51,695 nucleotides of DNA, taken from Polyangiales bacterium (lineage in GTDB: Bacteria; Myxococcota_A; Polyangia; Polyangiales; Houyiibacteriaceae). Positions 18,875-29,500 of the stretch are shown piece by piece (the stretch's first letter is position 1; every line of letters starts with the position of its first letter). The notes under the pieces were generated by a model. The model ran no database searches, was not told the origin of the DNA, and was given only the letters and a program-made list of their open reading frames with translations. The stretch spans positions 1-51,695 of the forward strand of contig JBGCFM010000099.1 of assembly GCA_045106895.1 (NCBI GenBank), in the 5' to 3' direction. Made by a program: the position numbers and the translations under genes.

Positions 18875-20553
18875 TGCTCTCTCCGGCGCGGGTTCTCGTA
18901 CACAGACACGATGGGAACTCCGTCGTACGTCAAAACGTAAGCAGGCGCAGGCGAGCCAAAGGCCACCCAGGCTTGGGCGTCGACCTCCGCGAAGTGCTCC
19001 TCATGATGAACCATGATGAAGTCCGCTCGCGCCATGTTGTAGGTCCCGCGAATGTTCGCTGGGATCAGTTCGTCGCGCTGCAGCATGCGCCACGCGATGT
19101 CCGTGGTGTCACAGAGCCAAACAGTGCCGCCATCGGGCATTTCTTCCTTGAAGAAGTCGACGAGGCTCCCGGTCGTGAACCCCCAAAACTGGCGGTTCAT
19201 CCCTAAGTCCGCAGCGCCAGGAACACCCCCCGCAGCAAACGTGTAGTGCGAGAGGCCAAAGGGGTGGGAGCGAATCGTGTCCGCCGCCGAGGGCGCGATG
19301 AGGGCGGCAGCGAGGAGCACGACAGCGGCGCTCTCTTGCATACGACTCAAAGTCGCGCGGCTGCGCATCCAGTCCTTCAGGCGCTCCGTGAGATGCCAAA
19401 AGCCTAGACCCGCGTAGAGGGCCAAAAACGGATACGAGGGCATCCAGTGCTTCGTCGCGCCAAAGATCGGCGAACTCGGGAGCGCGATGACCACCATCGG
19501 CGCGAGCAGACTCCCGATGAGAAGGACGTCCGTGTGCGAGGGGTCCGGAGACGCGCCCTTCTTCCAGAAACGTTTGGTCAAACGCGCCGGCACCGCAGCT
19601 CTGAGTCGATGGGCGAGACCAAAGAAACACAAACCCAAGGTGACGATGGACACCGTGAAGAGCGTCATTACGAAGGGGTAGTGAACGGGAAACGGCGGCC
19701 GGAACCAGGTCTCACCGAGATACGCGATGTTGTAGTACTCGTGCCCGGTGTGGAAACGGATGTACCACCCGAGGCGGGGAAGCGTCTCGTTCCAAAGCCA
19801 CGGCCAGGTTCCCACAAAGATGAGGGGCCCAATCAAGGAGAGAGAAAGCAGCCACCAAGGCCGTGTGGACAGTCGCGCGTTGGCAGGCCGTGAACGGTTC
19901 GAGAGGGACATCCACACGAAGTGAATCAAGAAGATCCCTGGCAGCACCCAGGCGTTGTGTTTGGTGGCGAGGGCTAACCCAAACGCCACGCCGAATCCGA
20001 TAGCCCACGTTCTAGAACGCAGCGCCCTCCAATACGCGTAGGTGGCGAAGGTCACCATCAAGGTGATCGGCACATCGAAGCAGTCGAGATGTGCATGGTA
20101 AAATGGGCGCGGCATGAGCGCGTATGCGAGCGCCGCAAACAGCCCCGCTTGCCTTCCAAAAGCGCGCGCCCCAAAAATGTAGATGAGCCAGAGCAGCAAT
20201 CCGGCGCACGCCATGCCGGGAAAACGAAACGCCGTGGAGTGGTCCGGAAAGACCTCCCACTTCTGCTGAACCAGCCAACTGATAGCGAAGAGGCTCTTGA
20301 TGAGCCCTGGATGTTCGTGGTTGTAGTCCCACGCACGGTCGATGGCTTCCTGCTCCATCGCCGCGCTCGAGTCCTCTGCGAGGAGCTGAAACCAGCCTGC
20401 GTAGTCTTGGCCGGCGATGACGTAGAAGCTCTCATCGCGCGACATGCCCAAGTCAGGACTACCCGCCAAGAGCACGCCGATATAGGTGGCGCAGATCAAG
20501 AAGCCTAGGAGGTGATCCCAGGGCCCGACGCGAGGTCCACGGCTACGATTCAC
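18871..20553 (-). CDS. GT-C fold membrane glycosyltransferase (GT39/ArnT/PMT_2-like)
   Basis: SRDE in the first periplasmic loop, NHEHP, FRFP, DVP, LATK; about 10 TM helices. Confidence 0.85.
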   Translation of the reverse strand: MNRSRGPRVGPWDHLLGFLICATYIGVLLAGSPDLGMSRDESFYVIAGQDYAGWFQLLAEDSSAAMEQEAIDRAWDYNHEHPGLIKSLFAISWLVQQKWEVFPDHSTAFRFPGMACAGLLLWLIYIFGARAFGRQAGLFAALAYALMPRPFYHAHLDCFDVPITLMVTFATYAYWRALRSRTWAIGFGVAFGLALATKHNAWVLPGIFLIHFVWMSLSNRSRPANARLSTRPWWLLSLSLIGPLIFVGTWPWLWNETLPRLGWYIRFHTGHEYYNIAYLGETWFRPPFPVHYPFVMTLFTVSIVTLGLCFFGLAHRLRAAVPARLTKRFWKKGASPDPSHTDVLLIGSLLAPMVVIALPSSPIFGATKHWMPSYPFLALYAGLGFWHLTERLKDWMRSRATLSRMQESAAVVLLAAALIAPSAADTIRSHPFGLSHYTFAAGGVPGAADLGMNRQFWGFTTGSLVDFFKEEMPDGGTVWLCDTTDIAWRMLQRDELIPANIRGTYNMARADFIMVHHEEHFAEVDAQAWVAFGSPAPAYVLTYDGVPIVSVYENPRRREQ

Positions 20554-21533
20554 CGCGCAGCCCTCTCAGCCGTCTCGCGACTACTCGCAGCCCAGCAGAG
20601 CGTTCGAAGATGAGGGTTCTCGGCGGAGACCACGATGCTCACATCTCCCCGGGCTTTGTCTTCGCCGAGGGGCGTCGGGTCAGCGCTCATGCCTTCCCAT
20701 CCGTCGCCATCACGGTGGACCATGCGCCCCACCTCTTCGCCGTCCACGAGAACCTGGACATGAACGGGTCCGTTCTCAAGGTCCCGTTCGTGCTCGTAGT
20801 AGATGCCTGCGTGGAGAACGAGTTCGTCGCCGAGCGGCACGTCTCTAAATGTCGTGGTCGTCGGCACGTTGCCGCCCTGTGGATGCTGCCAAACGCAGTA
20901 GCGATTCTGCATCTCGAGATCCTCGATGACCGTCTGCCCGACCCAAAGCCAGGCATCGGGTCCGCAGAAGAAGCGCTCCGCCGGCCACATAGGCCCACGA
21001 AAGAGCCCGCCACCTTCAAGGGCACGCTGTTGCTTTGGACACTCGCGCCCAGGAACGCTCACCTCCGCCTCGCCGATGTTCGACGTGAAGTCGTAGAGCA
21101 CACGCGGGCTTTGGAGCGTGTAGCGTCGTAAGGTCACACGCCCAAAGCGTCGGGAGAAATCAGGCTCCATTTCGGCGAAGTGTTCGTGTGAGTGGCCACG
21201 AATCGACAGCTCCCACACCCGGCTGTAGGGCGCGAAGTCTGCGCGTCCGGCGTCTTGCACCGAAAGCCGACCGGCAAAGTGCTGACGCAAGAGCGGGTCC
21301 GTCCAGCCCGGTGAGCTCACCACGGTGTCCCCGTCGTGCCATTCAACGCCCACGAACTCCGCCGCAGACGCCCAATCAGACTCAGGGACGACGCGCGCCT
21401 CAACAACGAACGCGCCGAAAAACTCCACCGTCGCGAGGGCCAGAAACCCAGCGACCCACCAGACCGCGCGTGGGGTCTTCTCCCGGGTGGGCTTCTCGCT
21501 TGTGGCCTGCGCGCTCTCGGACTGCTTTGCCAC
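20550..21533 (-). CDS. Hypothetical membrane-anchored periplasmic protein
   Basis: Probable GTG start at 21533; one N-terminal TM (AVWWVAGFLALATVEFFGAFVV); GTGA overlap with the glycosyltransferase. Confidence 0.7.
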   Translation of the reverse strand: MAKQSESAQATSEKPTREKTPRAVWWVAGFLALATVEFFGAFVVEARVVPESDWASAAEFVGVEWHDGDTVVSSPGWTDPLLRQHFAGRLSVQDAGRADFAPYSRVWELSIRGHSHEHFAEMEPDFSRRFGRVTLRRYTLQSPRVLYDFTSNIGEAEVSVPGRECPKQQRALEGGGLFRGPMWPAERFFCGPDAWLWVGQTVIEDLEMQNRYCVWQHPQGGNVPTTTTFRDVPLGDELVLHAGIYYEHERDLENGPVHVQVLVDGEEVGRMVHRDGDGWEGMSADPTPLGEDKARGDVSIVVSAENPHLRTLCWAASSRETAERAAR

Positions 21534-21633
21534 GAATCGGGAGCATATGCGTCCGCCGGCCGGGGTCAAGGAGCAGCCATGAGCCAAGCAAGAATCCTGG
21601 ACGAGGGCGGGGCGCCCCCCGCATGATGCAAGC

Positions 21634-23016
21634 GTGGGACTTGAAGCTGGCCTCCTTGAAATGGACCGCGTCGTGGAGCTCGTCCGAGAGAAGGCGCTCT
21701 TGGAACGCTTCAGCGTGGACGAAGGCGATGCGGCCCCAGTTCTTCCCGAAGCCGTGGTGTTTCCTCGGACGAGCCCTCAGGTCGCCGCCGTCATGCAGAT
21801 CGCCAACCGACACAGTATCCCGGTGACTCCACGTGGTGCTGGAACGAACCGAGTGGGCGGAGCTGTTCCCTGTCCCGGCGGCATCGTCATGGCGATGGAG
21901 CACTTCGGCGCTCATCTCGACATCGACGAAGCATCCGCGCGGGCTCACGTCGGCGCCAGCACGATCACGAAAGCCCTCCACGACGCCGCCGAATCATGCG
22001 GCCTCTTCTACGGCCCTGACCCCAGCTCCTCCGCGGAATGCCAGGTCGGCGGCAACGTCGCGTGCAACGCCGCAGGTCCACGGGCCTTCAAGTACGGCTC
22101 AACGAGCCAGTGGGTCCTTGGACTCGAGGTCGTCACAGCGGGCGGCGAACTCCTCACGCTCGGGGCCGGAACAACAAAAGGCGTCACCGGCTACAATCTA
22201 AAGTCTCTCATCACCGGCTCCGAAGGCACCCTCGCCATCGTCTGTGGAGCGACCCTTCGCCTCATCCCGGCTGCCCCCGAAGTCGCGACGCTCTTGGTCA
22301 GCCTCAAAGCCGAAGAGGACCTCGTGGGCGCCATCCTCGCGCTGCAGAAAGCACGTGTCCGGCCACGCTGCCTCGAGTTTCTCGACCGACAGGCACTTCA
22401 GGTCCTCTCCGGCCAGAGCGCCGGGACTTTTCCAGCCAGCGCGCGCTCCCTTCTGCTTGTTGAGCTGGACGGCGCCGACCTCTCCGCGCCCATAGAGCGC
22501 TCAGCCAATCTCCTGATGGACGCAGGCGCTCTCGAAGTAAGGAGCGCGCGAAGCACTGGCGAGCAAGCCGAGCTGTGGGCGCCACGCCGCCAGCTCAGCA
22601 GGCTCTTGCGAGGCCTGGCCAAGCACAAGCTATCCGAGGACGTCGTCGTTCCCCGCGCACAAGTCTCCCCCCTGCTGGCCCGCGTCCGCGAGACCTGCGA
22701 ACGGCTCGAACTGCGCAACGCGACCTATGGCCACGCGGGCGACGGGAACCTTCACGTGAACTTCTTCTGGGACGACGCGGACGAAAAGCGCCGTGTCGAC
22801 GCCGGCGTTCGCTCTCTCTTTGAGAGCGTCACGGAGCTTGGTGGCTCCCTAAGCGGAGAGCATGGCATCGGCCTTACCAAAGCGCCCTATATCGCACTTG
22901 AGCTCTCCAATACGCAGCTCGAGCTCCAACGTCGGGTCAAAGAAACGTTTGACCCGAAGAACATCCTGAATCCAGGAAAGATCTTCGGGTCACGGGTCGG
23001 ACATGGGTCCTGTTAG
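21634..23016 (+). CDS. FAD-linked oxidase, GlcD/D-2-hydroxyacid dehydrogenase family
   Basis: PRGAGT, PDPSS, GGNVACNAAG, GSEGTLA, GHAGDGNLH, SGEHGIG, FDPKNILNPGK. Confidence 0.9.
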   Translation: MGLEAGLLEMDRVVELVREKALLERFSVDEGDAAPVLPEAVVFPRTSPQVAAVMQIANRHSIPVTPRGAGTNRVGGAVPCPGGIVMAMEHFGAHLDIDEASARAHVGASTITKALHDAAESCGLFYGPDPSSSAECQVGGNVACNAAGPRAFKYGSTSQWVLGLEVVTAGGELLTLGAGTTKGVTGYNLKSLITGSEGTLAIVCGATLRLIPAAPEVATLLVSLKAEEDLVGAILALQKARVRPRCLEFLDRQALQVLSGQSAGTFPASARSLLLVELDGADLSAPIERSANLLMDAGALEVRSARSTGEQAELWAPRRQLSRLLRGLAKHKLSEDVVVPRAQVSPLLARVRETCERLELRNATYGHAGDGNLHVNFFWDDADEKRRVDAGVRSLFESVTELGGSLSGEHGIGLTKAPYIALELSNTQLELQRRVKETFDPKNILNPGKIFGSRVGHGSC

Positions 23017-23035
23017 CGCTCAGCGAGCGCCGTCG

Positions 23036-24301
<1,266 letters not shown>

Positions 24302-24303
24302 CT

Positions 24304-25290
24304 TCAGTCCTTGTACGTCACGCCGCGGACGGCTTTGGTTACACGCTCGACGGTGGGAAGCACCAGCGTCTCAAGGTTGCTCGCGTACGGCATCGGCACG
24401 TCGAGTGAGGCGATGCGCTCAATGGGAGCGTCCAGGTAGTCGAAGGCTTCGCGCTGAATGCGATCGACGACTTCGGCGCCCGGTCCGCCGTAAGGCCAGT
24501 GCTCATGCACGACCACGCAACGGTTCGTCTTCTTGACGCTCTCGACGAGAATCTCCGTGTCCAAGGGACGGAGAGTTCGTGGGTCGATGACGTCGCACTC
24601 AATGCCATCGGCGGCGAGTTGCTCAGCGGCCTCCATCACCGTGTAGTACGGCGCGCCCCAAGTCACGATGGTGCAGTCGCTGCCTTCGCGAGCGACACGT
24701 CCCTTACCAAGAGGAAGAATCTCATCGTCGTCCGCGTCCGGGACTTCGCCCTTCACGTTGTAAAGAGTCTCGCCCTCGAGGAACACGACGGGGTCATCGC
24801 AGCGAATCGCGGCCTTCAGCAGGCCCTTTGCATCGCGAGGAGTCGACGGCATCACAACATAGATGCCGGGGATACTCGTGTAGAATGGATCCACCGAGTG
24901 ACTGTGTTGAGCGCCGACCTGCTTCGCCGCGCCGTTTGGACCACGGAAGACCATGGGGACCTTGAGCTTGCCGCCGCTCATCTGGTGAATCTTCGCGGCG
25001 TTACTGATGATCTGGTCAAAAGCCACAAAGCTGAAGTTCCAAGTCATGAACTCGATGATCGGTCGAAGCCCGACCATCGCGGCGCCCACACCGATGCCGG
25101 CGAAACCGGCCTCTGCAATGGGCGTGTCGATGACGCGCTTCTCCCCGAACTGCGCGAGCAGTCCTTCGGACACTTTGTAGGCGCCCTGGTAATGGCCCAC
25201 CTCTTCGCCCATGAGGAAGATCTTCTCGTCGCTGAGCATCTCCTCGACCATCGCCTCACGCAGCGCTTCTCGGTATCGAATTTCCCTCAT
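24304..25290 (-). CDS. pdhB: Pyruvate dehydrogenase E1 beta subunit
   Basis: GEEVGHYQGAYKVS, DTPIAE, EFMTWNF, GAQHS, RTLRPLD. Confidence 0.95.
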   Translation of the reverse strand: MREIRYREALREAMVEEMLSDEKIFLMGEEVGHYQGAYKVSEGLLAQFGEKRVIDTPIAEAGFAGIGVGAAMVGLRPIIEFMTWNFSFVAFDQIISNAAKIHQMSGGKLKVPMVFRGPNGAAKQVGAQHSHSVDPFYTSIPGIYVVMPSTPRDAKGLLKAAIRCDDPVVFLEGETLYNVKGEVPDADDDEILPLGKGRVAREGSDCTIVTWGAPYYTVMEAAEQLAADGIECDVIDPRTLRPLDTEILVESVKKTNRCVVVHEHWPYGGPGAEVVDRIQREAFDYLDAPIERIASLDVPMPYASNLETLVLPTVERVTKAVRGVTYKD

Positions 25291-26261
25291 CGCTCCACCT
25301 CAAGTGTCGAGTAGACCGTGTTCCACATGGTTTCCTCACGTGCCGGTTCCGACTCGTCAGCGAACTTCACGCAGTCCTCGATCAGTGCATCCACTTCTTC
25401 TTCCAACTGGTCCAACTGCTCGTCGCTCACGCCAGCGTCCACAAGCTGAGTCCGCGAAATCGCGAGAGGGTCCTTCTTCTTCCGCTCTTCCAGCTCCGCT
25501 CGTGAGCGATACTTCGCCGGGTCACTCATCGAGTGCCCGCGGAAGCGGTAGGTCTCGACCTCAATGAAGGTGGGCCCTTCGCCGCGGCGTGCGCGTTTGA
25601 CGGCCTGCGCTACGCGCTCTTGAACGACCTTGACGTCATACCCCTCAAAACGATCGCCAGCCATGCCGTAGCCCTGAGCCTTCAGCGTCAGGTCTCGCAA
25701 TGGCGTGGTGCGGCTCATGGGTGTGCCCATGGCGTACTGATTGTTTTCGCAGATGAACACGACGGGGAGCTTCCACAGCCCAGCCAACGACATCGCTTCA
25801 TGGAAGCCCCCGATGTTGGTGGAGCCTTCGCCGAAGAAACAGACCGTCACCCGGCCATCATCTTCATACTTTGACTTGAACGCTGCTCCGGCAGCGAGCG
25901 CCAGGTGGCCACCGATGATGCCCCAACCTCCGAGGAAGTTGTTCTCCACATCAAAGAAGTGCATCGAGCCACCGAGCCCAAGGGAGCAACCAGTGTGCTT
26001 GCCGAAGAGCTCCGCCATCGCTGCGTTTGGCGTCATGCCGCGCGCAAGTGCGATGCCATGGTCACGATACGTTTGGAATACGTAGTCGTCGGCTTCCAGC
26101 GCAGCGTTAGTACCAACAGCGATCGCTTCCTGCCCAATATAGAGATGCAGGAAGCCGCCAATTTTGCTCTGCGCATAAGCCCGAGCCGCTTCTTCTTCGA
26201 AGCGCCGAATCTCATACATTTTTCGGTAGTGAGCGAGTAGCTCGTCACGTCCTGAAGCCAT
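25287..26261 (-). CDS. pdhA: Pyruvate dehydrogenase E1 alpha subunit
   Basis: GFLHLYIGQEA, YRDHG, GGSMH, TPP motif FGEG...ENNQY, YRFRGHSMSDP; strong AAGGAGG RBS. Confidence 0.95.
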   Translation of the reverse strand: MASGRDELLAHYRKMYEIRRFEEEAARAYAQSKIGGFLHLYIGQEAIAVGTNAALEADDYVFQTYRDHGIALARGMTPNAAMAELFGKHTGCSLGLGGSMHFFDVENNFLGGWGIIGGHLALAAGAAFKSKYEDDGRVTVCFFGEGSTNIGGFHEAMSLAGLWKLPVVFICENNQYAMGTPMSRTTPLRDLTLKAQGYGMAGDRFEGYDVKVVQERVAQAVKRARRGEGPTFIEVETYRFRGHSMSDPAKYRSRAELEERKKKDPLAISRTQLVDAGVSDEQLDQLEEEVDALIEDCVKFADESEPAREETMWNTVYSTLEVER

Positions 26262-26433
26262 CGACTTCCTCCTTGGGAAGAGAGTTTGAAGGTGAGTGAA
26301 GGTGAGCCGCCATCGGCGGCGAGGAGACTTATGGAAAAGTCTCTAGAAAGATCAGCCCTGGCTGGCGACGGTAGTGAGCCCTGGCCTTCGGGGCAAGCAT
26401 TCGCCGCTCCTGACCCATCTTAAAGTTCAATCC

Positions 26434-26468
26434 TTAACGACGAAACCCAGATGCCGAAGCACCTGGGT
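26434..26468 (-). terminator. Intrinsic terminator after the protease operon
   Basis: Minus strand ACCCAGGTGC-TTCG-GCATCTGGGT then TTCGTCGTT: a 10-bp stem with one G.U pair and a cUUCGg tetraloop. A second hairpin GCCGCT/AGCGGC lies at 26481-26497. Confidence 0.8.
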
Positions 26469-26510
26469 CTGGTCTGTGGTGCCGCTACGCGAGCGGCTTA
26501 CCTCTTTGGG

Positions 26511-29500
26511 CTACAGAGCCCAGCCCGCGCTGCCAATGCCGTACTGGCCCTGGAGGTCGATGAGGTACTCAAGGTAGGACTCGTTGGAGAAGAGCTCTTC
26601 GCGCTTCGCCGTGAGTTCAGCCGAAGGACCTGCACCCTCGAGCGCACGGACCTCATCCTGAAGGTCGATGAGACGGCTAAGCATCTGGAAGCCAAGCTGC
26701 TCTTCCTCAAGGTTGAAGGCGTCACGAGTGAAGACCTTCTCCGCGACGTATGCGAAGTGGAGGCGGTCCGACTGGAAGACGACGTAGTTAGCGTCTTCAG
26801 GCGTCGCGCAGGTTGCGTCGCCGACCTCGACATGAGCCGGGTCAACAGCGTTTCCGTATGCGCAGTATGGTCGCTCAACACCGGTGCGGCGGTCGCGAGA
26901 TACAGCTGGAAGCGTGTGACCGCTGCCGTCGCCCTGGCGCCAGATGATCAGACGCTGCTCGAAGCTGGCGTCGTAGAACACTGGGAACTGAGCGAGGGCG
27001 AGGATGGTTGCCCAGCTTCGAAGGATGACGTTCGTCGTGTTGCCAATCACAGGGCGGTCGGCGGTGACGGGGTACTCAACCTCGTTGGATGGGCGGCAAG
27101 GAATACGTGCGCCCGTGGTGCCACACTCGCCGAGGAGCATGCCGCGGTACCAAGTCATGTGTTCGACTTCGCCCGTGTCCATGTCGTAGCGAGGTGCGAA
27201 CCAGCTTGGCTGGTCGGTGATAATGCCGCCGAAGAACTCCGTCATTGGAACCTCGAAGAGGTCGTAGAAGTTGATTCGGTACGCTTCGTCAACGCTGAAG
27301 TTCAAGTTCCAGTCGCGATTTGCGAGTGCGTAGAGAGCGAAGAACTTGTCGTAGAAGACACCTGCGCGCTCAACACGCGAGAAGCCAACGTGACCTTCTT
27401 GGAACTCGGACCACATGCCAAAGCCGAGGCCCTGACCCATGCTGACGTCCGAACCGGCCACGCCGGGCTCCGAGCTGACAAGCTCAAGAGTGTTGGTGTC
27501 CGCGTTCATCTCGTAGGAACCCTCGTCCGGAAGGTTGATGAGTTCGATGAACCAGTTCATCGAGTCAACCGAGGCCGCGAACTGGTCGCGGAAGCCGAGT
27601 GGGCCTTCGTTGGACGTGAATCCAGGCTCGAAGAAGATTCGGAAGAAGAGATGCTGGTAGATCTTGGCAGCAGCGCTCACAAGTCGAACCGAACCACCGG
27701 AGGAAGCCCAGCGGAAGCGACGGTTGTAGACGTTCGCGTAGCTCTCGTACCAAGTGCGTCGGTAGTGAGCGAGAGTCTCCTGGAACGACTCACCCACGTC
27801 GGAGCGGGTACACCAAGAGATGTCGTTCGTTCGGCCGTCGGAGCAGAAGAGGTAGTTCACTGGGAAGTGGTCGAGCTCTCCGTCACCGTTGATGTCCGAG
27901 TCGTAAGCAACCTGGGCACGGTAGTCGTCGAAGTCGCGGTCGAAGTTTGAGCAGATGCAATCCGCTTCGCCGTCGCCACAAACTTCCTGGAAGCGTGTGT
28001 TTCGTGGGTGACGAATGCAGCGCTGGTAGACCGGCTGGTCGGTGCTGAGGAGCGAGGAGCCGACGGTGTAGGGACACTGAGCGTCGGTGTCACAAGACTC
28101 GCCACCTTCGTAGCTCGTCCAGAGGGCACGTGGAATGACGTTGTTGTCAGCGTCAAAGCGCGCGTGGAGCTCATTGGAGCTGCCCGTGGAGCTGATTCGT
28201 GGGTCACGGTCGTAGGCTTCCACCTTGCCGAATGTGCTCCAGAGAATCGCAGCCTGGTCGTAGCGACCGAGACCGTAGCTGTCCGACATGTCGCCGTTGT
28301 AGTCCATGATGGACGCCGTCATGTAGTTGTGAGCACCGCGAGCTGCGCGCTGGTCACGGACGTCGTTCTGGTCGTTCTGGTAGTTGGTGACCTCGACGCC
28401 GCCAACAAAGCCGTCGGCGTCGCCGCCGTTCTCAGGAAGGTCGTAGTCCTCGAGCTCAGGAAGCTCGATGCCTTCGCCAACCGTGAGGTTGAAGTAGCCG
28501 TCGCCGTAGTTGTTACGGTCGAGGCTGCCGGCGAAGTTGTGTCGAAGACCGACGGAGTGACCAACCTCGTGGTGCTGGACCGCGCGAAGGTACTGCTGAG
28601 CCATACGAATCGAGGCTTCTTCCTTGGTGCGACCGCGGAAGGCTTCTGCCCAGTACTCCCAGTAGCGGGAGCGCTGGAAGTCTTGGCCGTCCACGGAGTC
28701 CGTGAAGCAAGCGTTGCGGAGAGCCATGCGGCCCTCGAACTCGGCGCGCGCATTGAGCTGCTCGACGAAGTTCTGTCCGCGGAAGGGCGAGATCTGACCG
28801 ACAACAGCTGGGTCCATCACGTTCGTTCCCTCAGGAATGTTCGTGGTGTGCTGTGGCGTGTTGCGGAAGTTGGCCTGCATGGCCTGGTTGCCGAGGGACT
28901 CGAGCATCGAGGACTCGATGTCGGTGCCCGCGAGGTTACGCATGCGGTCCGAGTAGATGCCGAAACGTGCGTCCTGGCCGTGAAGGGCCTCGATGCGTGG
29001 CATCCGGTCGACGACGGTCTGAAGCATTCCGTCGATCATGGCGGAACCGGCAGGGATTCCTCGGGTAGCTCCAGCTGGAAGCTCTGGTCGTCCGCCCTCG
29101 CCGTCGCCAGTTCCATCGGAACCGGAAGGTGCGACGCTGACGGGGATCTCGGTGCGGCCGAGGTTGTCGAAGTAGTCGCGAACGTTTTCACCCTCAAGGT
29201 AACGAACGTCAGCGTTTTCTTCGCCAGGAGCGCAACCAGCTGGGCTGGCGCATCGAAGAACAGGGAACCACTCGATGGCGACGGTTCGAACGCTGTCGAT
29301 GGAGCCGCTGTTGACGTTCGCGTCGGACGCGAGGAGCTCACCGGTCTTCACGTCGCCGCGAACCTCGGAGAGACCGCCGAATGGAACGCCGTTCTGGTGG
29401 ATGTAGTTGAAGAACTGGTAACGAAGGTCACCGTGCTGCTGCCAGCTCGTGAACTCCTCGTTCTCGGCCATGACCTCTTCGCACGTCTGGTTGACGTCGG

